Source: Geosiphon pyriformis uo1 (Eukaryota > Fungi > Glomeromycota). From it: DNA of 64,000 nt. Of the stretch, positions 63,211 through 64,000 are shown piece after piece (the stretch's first letter is position 1; each line of letters begins with the position of its first letter). Location: contig JAAOMT010000135.1 of assembly GCA_016748015.1 (NCBI GenBank), positions 372,001-436,000 on the forward strand. The letters run 5' to 3'. The notes under the pieces are model-generated. The model was not told the DNA's origin. It was given only the letters and a program-made list of their open reading frames with translations, and did no database searches. Both the position numbers and the translations under genes were made by a program.

Positions 63211-64000
63211 ATTTTAGATAGCTATATAAGTGATGATTCCCTTAGCTGTAGAATGACATGAAAAAAGTAACAAAATAAACAATATCAATTACTTCCTCTT
63301 ATAATCACTTATTCCCCTTTTCTTACCTTCAAGTATCTACTTGTTGGCATTCACATACCTTATCTTTTCCTTTTCTTGATTTGTATTTGTTAGAATTAGC
63401 CTAAGAAGCAATTGGCTTGCTTTTGTAATTCATTAAATAAAGAAATGATTGAAAAGTACAATAATATCTGTTATTGATTCTAAGAATTGCCGAGTTGAGG
63501 CATAGAATAATAGCAGCGGTGTTATCTTGTTGACAATCACGGACTATTCCTCTACCTTCAGATTTAAGAAAAGATTAGTGACTATAATTTTTATGAGACT
63601 GATCATGCACATTGAATTCCTACTTATTCAATTCGCTCCCTTATTGTAATTCCCTCTTTGTTTATTTCCATCATCATACAATACTGTTCTCCCTTGTTAT
63701 CCGTTAGCTTGTTACTCCAACCCATAACACTATCAATACTTCATGTTGATAATAATTGATACTTAACCCTACTGGAACAATAGCTCTTAATCACGGCTAT
63801 TGATAAGATACTAACTTGCAATTGCTTTTGTTTACTTCTTTATTTTCTTTTATTTTCTTTTATTTCTTTTTGTTATTTCTTTGGTTTTACTAAATTGATT
63901 AAAGATTAAGTGCTAAGATACAGACATTATAGGGACTGGTAAAAGACCTGTGAAACAAGAGTAAAACACTCATAGATTTGAGGATAGCTTACTAGGAGGA

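Larger units (their letters stand above)
55953..63729 (+). mobile_element. Full-length Gypsy element G (family 2), innermost of the nest
   Basis: LTRs 55953-56666 (714 bp) and 63004-63729 (726 bp), perfect CTAT TSD, PBS 56673-56691, PPT ~62993-63003. Confidence 0.97.
55645..64000 (+). mobile_element. LTR F (family 1), split by G: 55645-55952 and 63730 to beyond 64000
   Basis: tgttactcatagaa start with CCAAT, GGATTC repeats and TATA as in B; resumes ctatcaatacttcatgttgat after G. Confidence 0.88.

Overview
Eukaryotic, AT-rich fungal DNA. The repeat proteins resemble, from memory, those of Glomeromycotina such as Geosiphon; this is inference and was not searched. About 85% of the window is nested, decayed retroelements around a ~7 kb, CpG-retaining host gene island at ~32.6-39.4 kb. 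The island holds a 6-exon ARMC7, an orphan gene, a RibD/RIB2-type deaminase and an intronless Lnt-like apolipoprotein N-acyltransferase. Eight Ty3/Gypsy insertions were resolved (A-G plus a solo LTR) from three lineages. All have TGTTA..TAACA-type ends, and all four insertions with both ends visible have 4-bp TSDs. Three L1/Tad-like LINE pieces and one complete ORF1-only non-autonomous LINE are also present. Most notable: (i) these Gypsy elements appear to encode integrase as a separate ORF after a stop at the end of RNase H, followed by a conserved, non-env ~218-aa third ORF; (ii) two lineages carry a Cys-rich insert plus dUTPase between protease and RT; (iii) target sites are biased to NYAT; (iv) the ORF1-only LINE shares its 3' tail with the autonomous LINE; (v) a bacterial-type Lnt gene is present; (vi) C>T/G>A decay is restricted to repeats.
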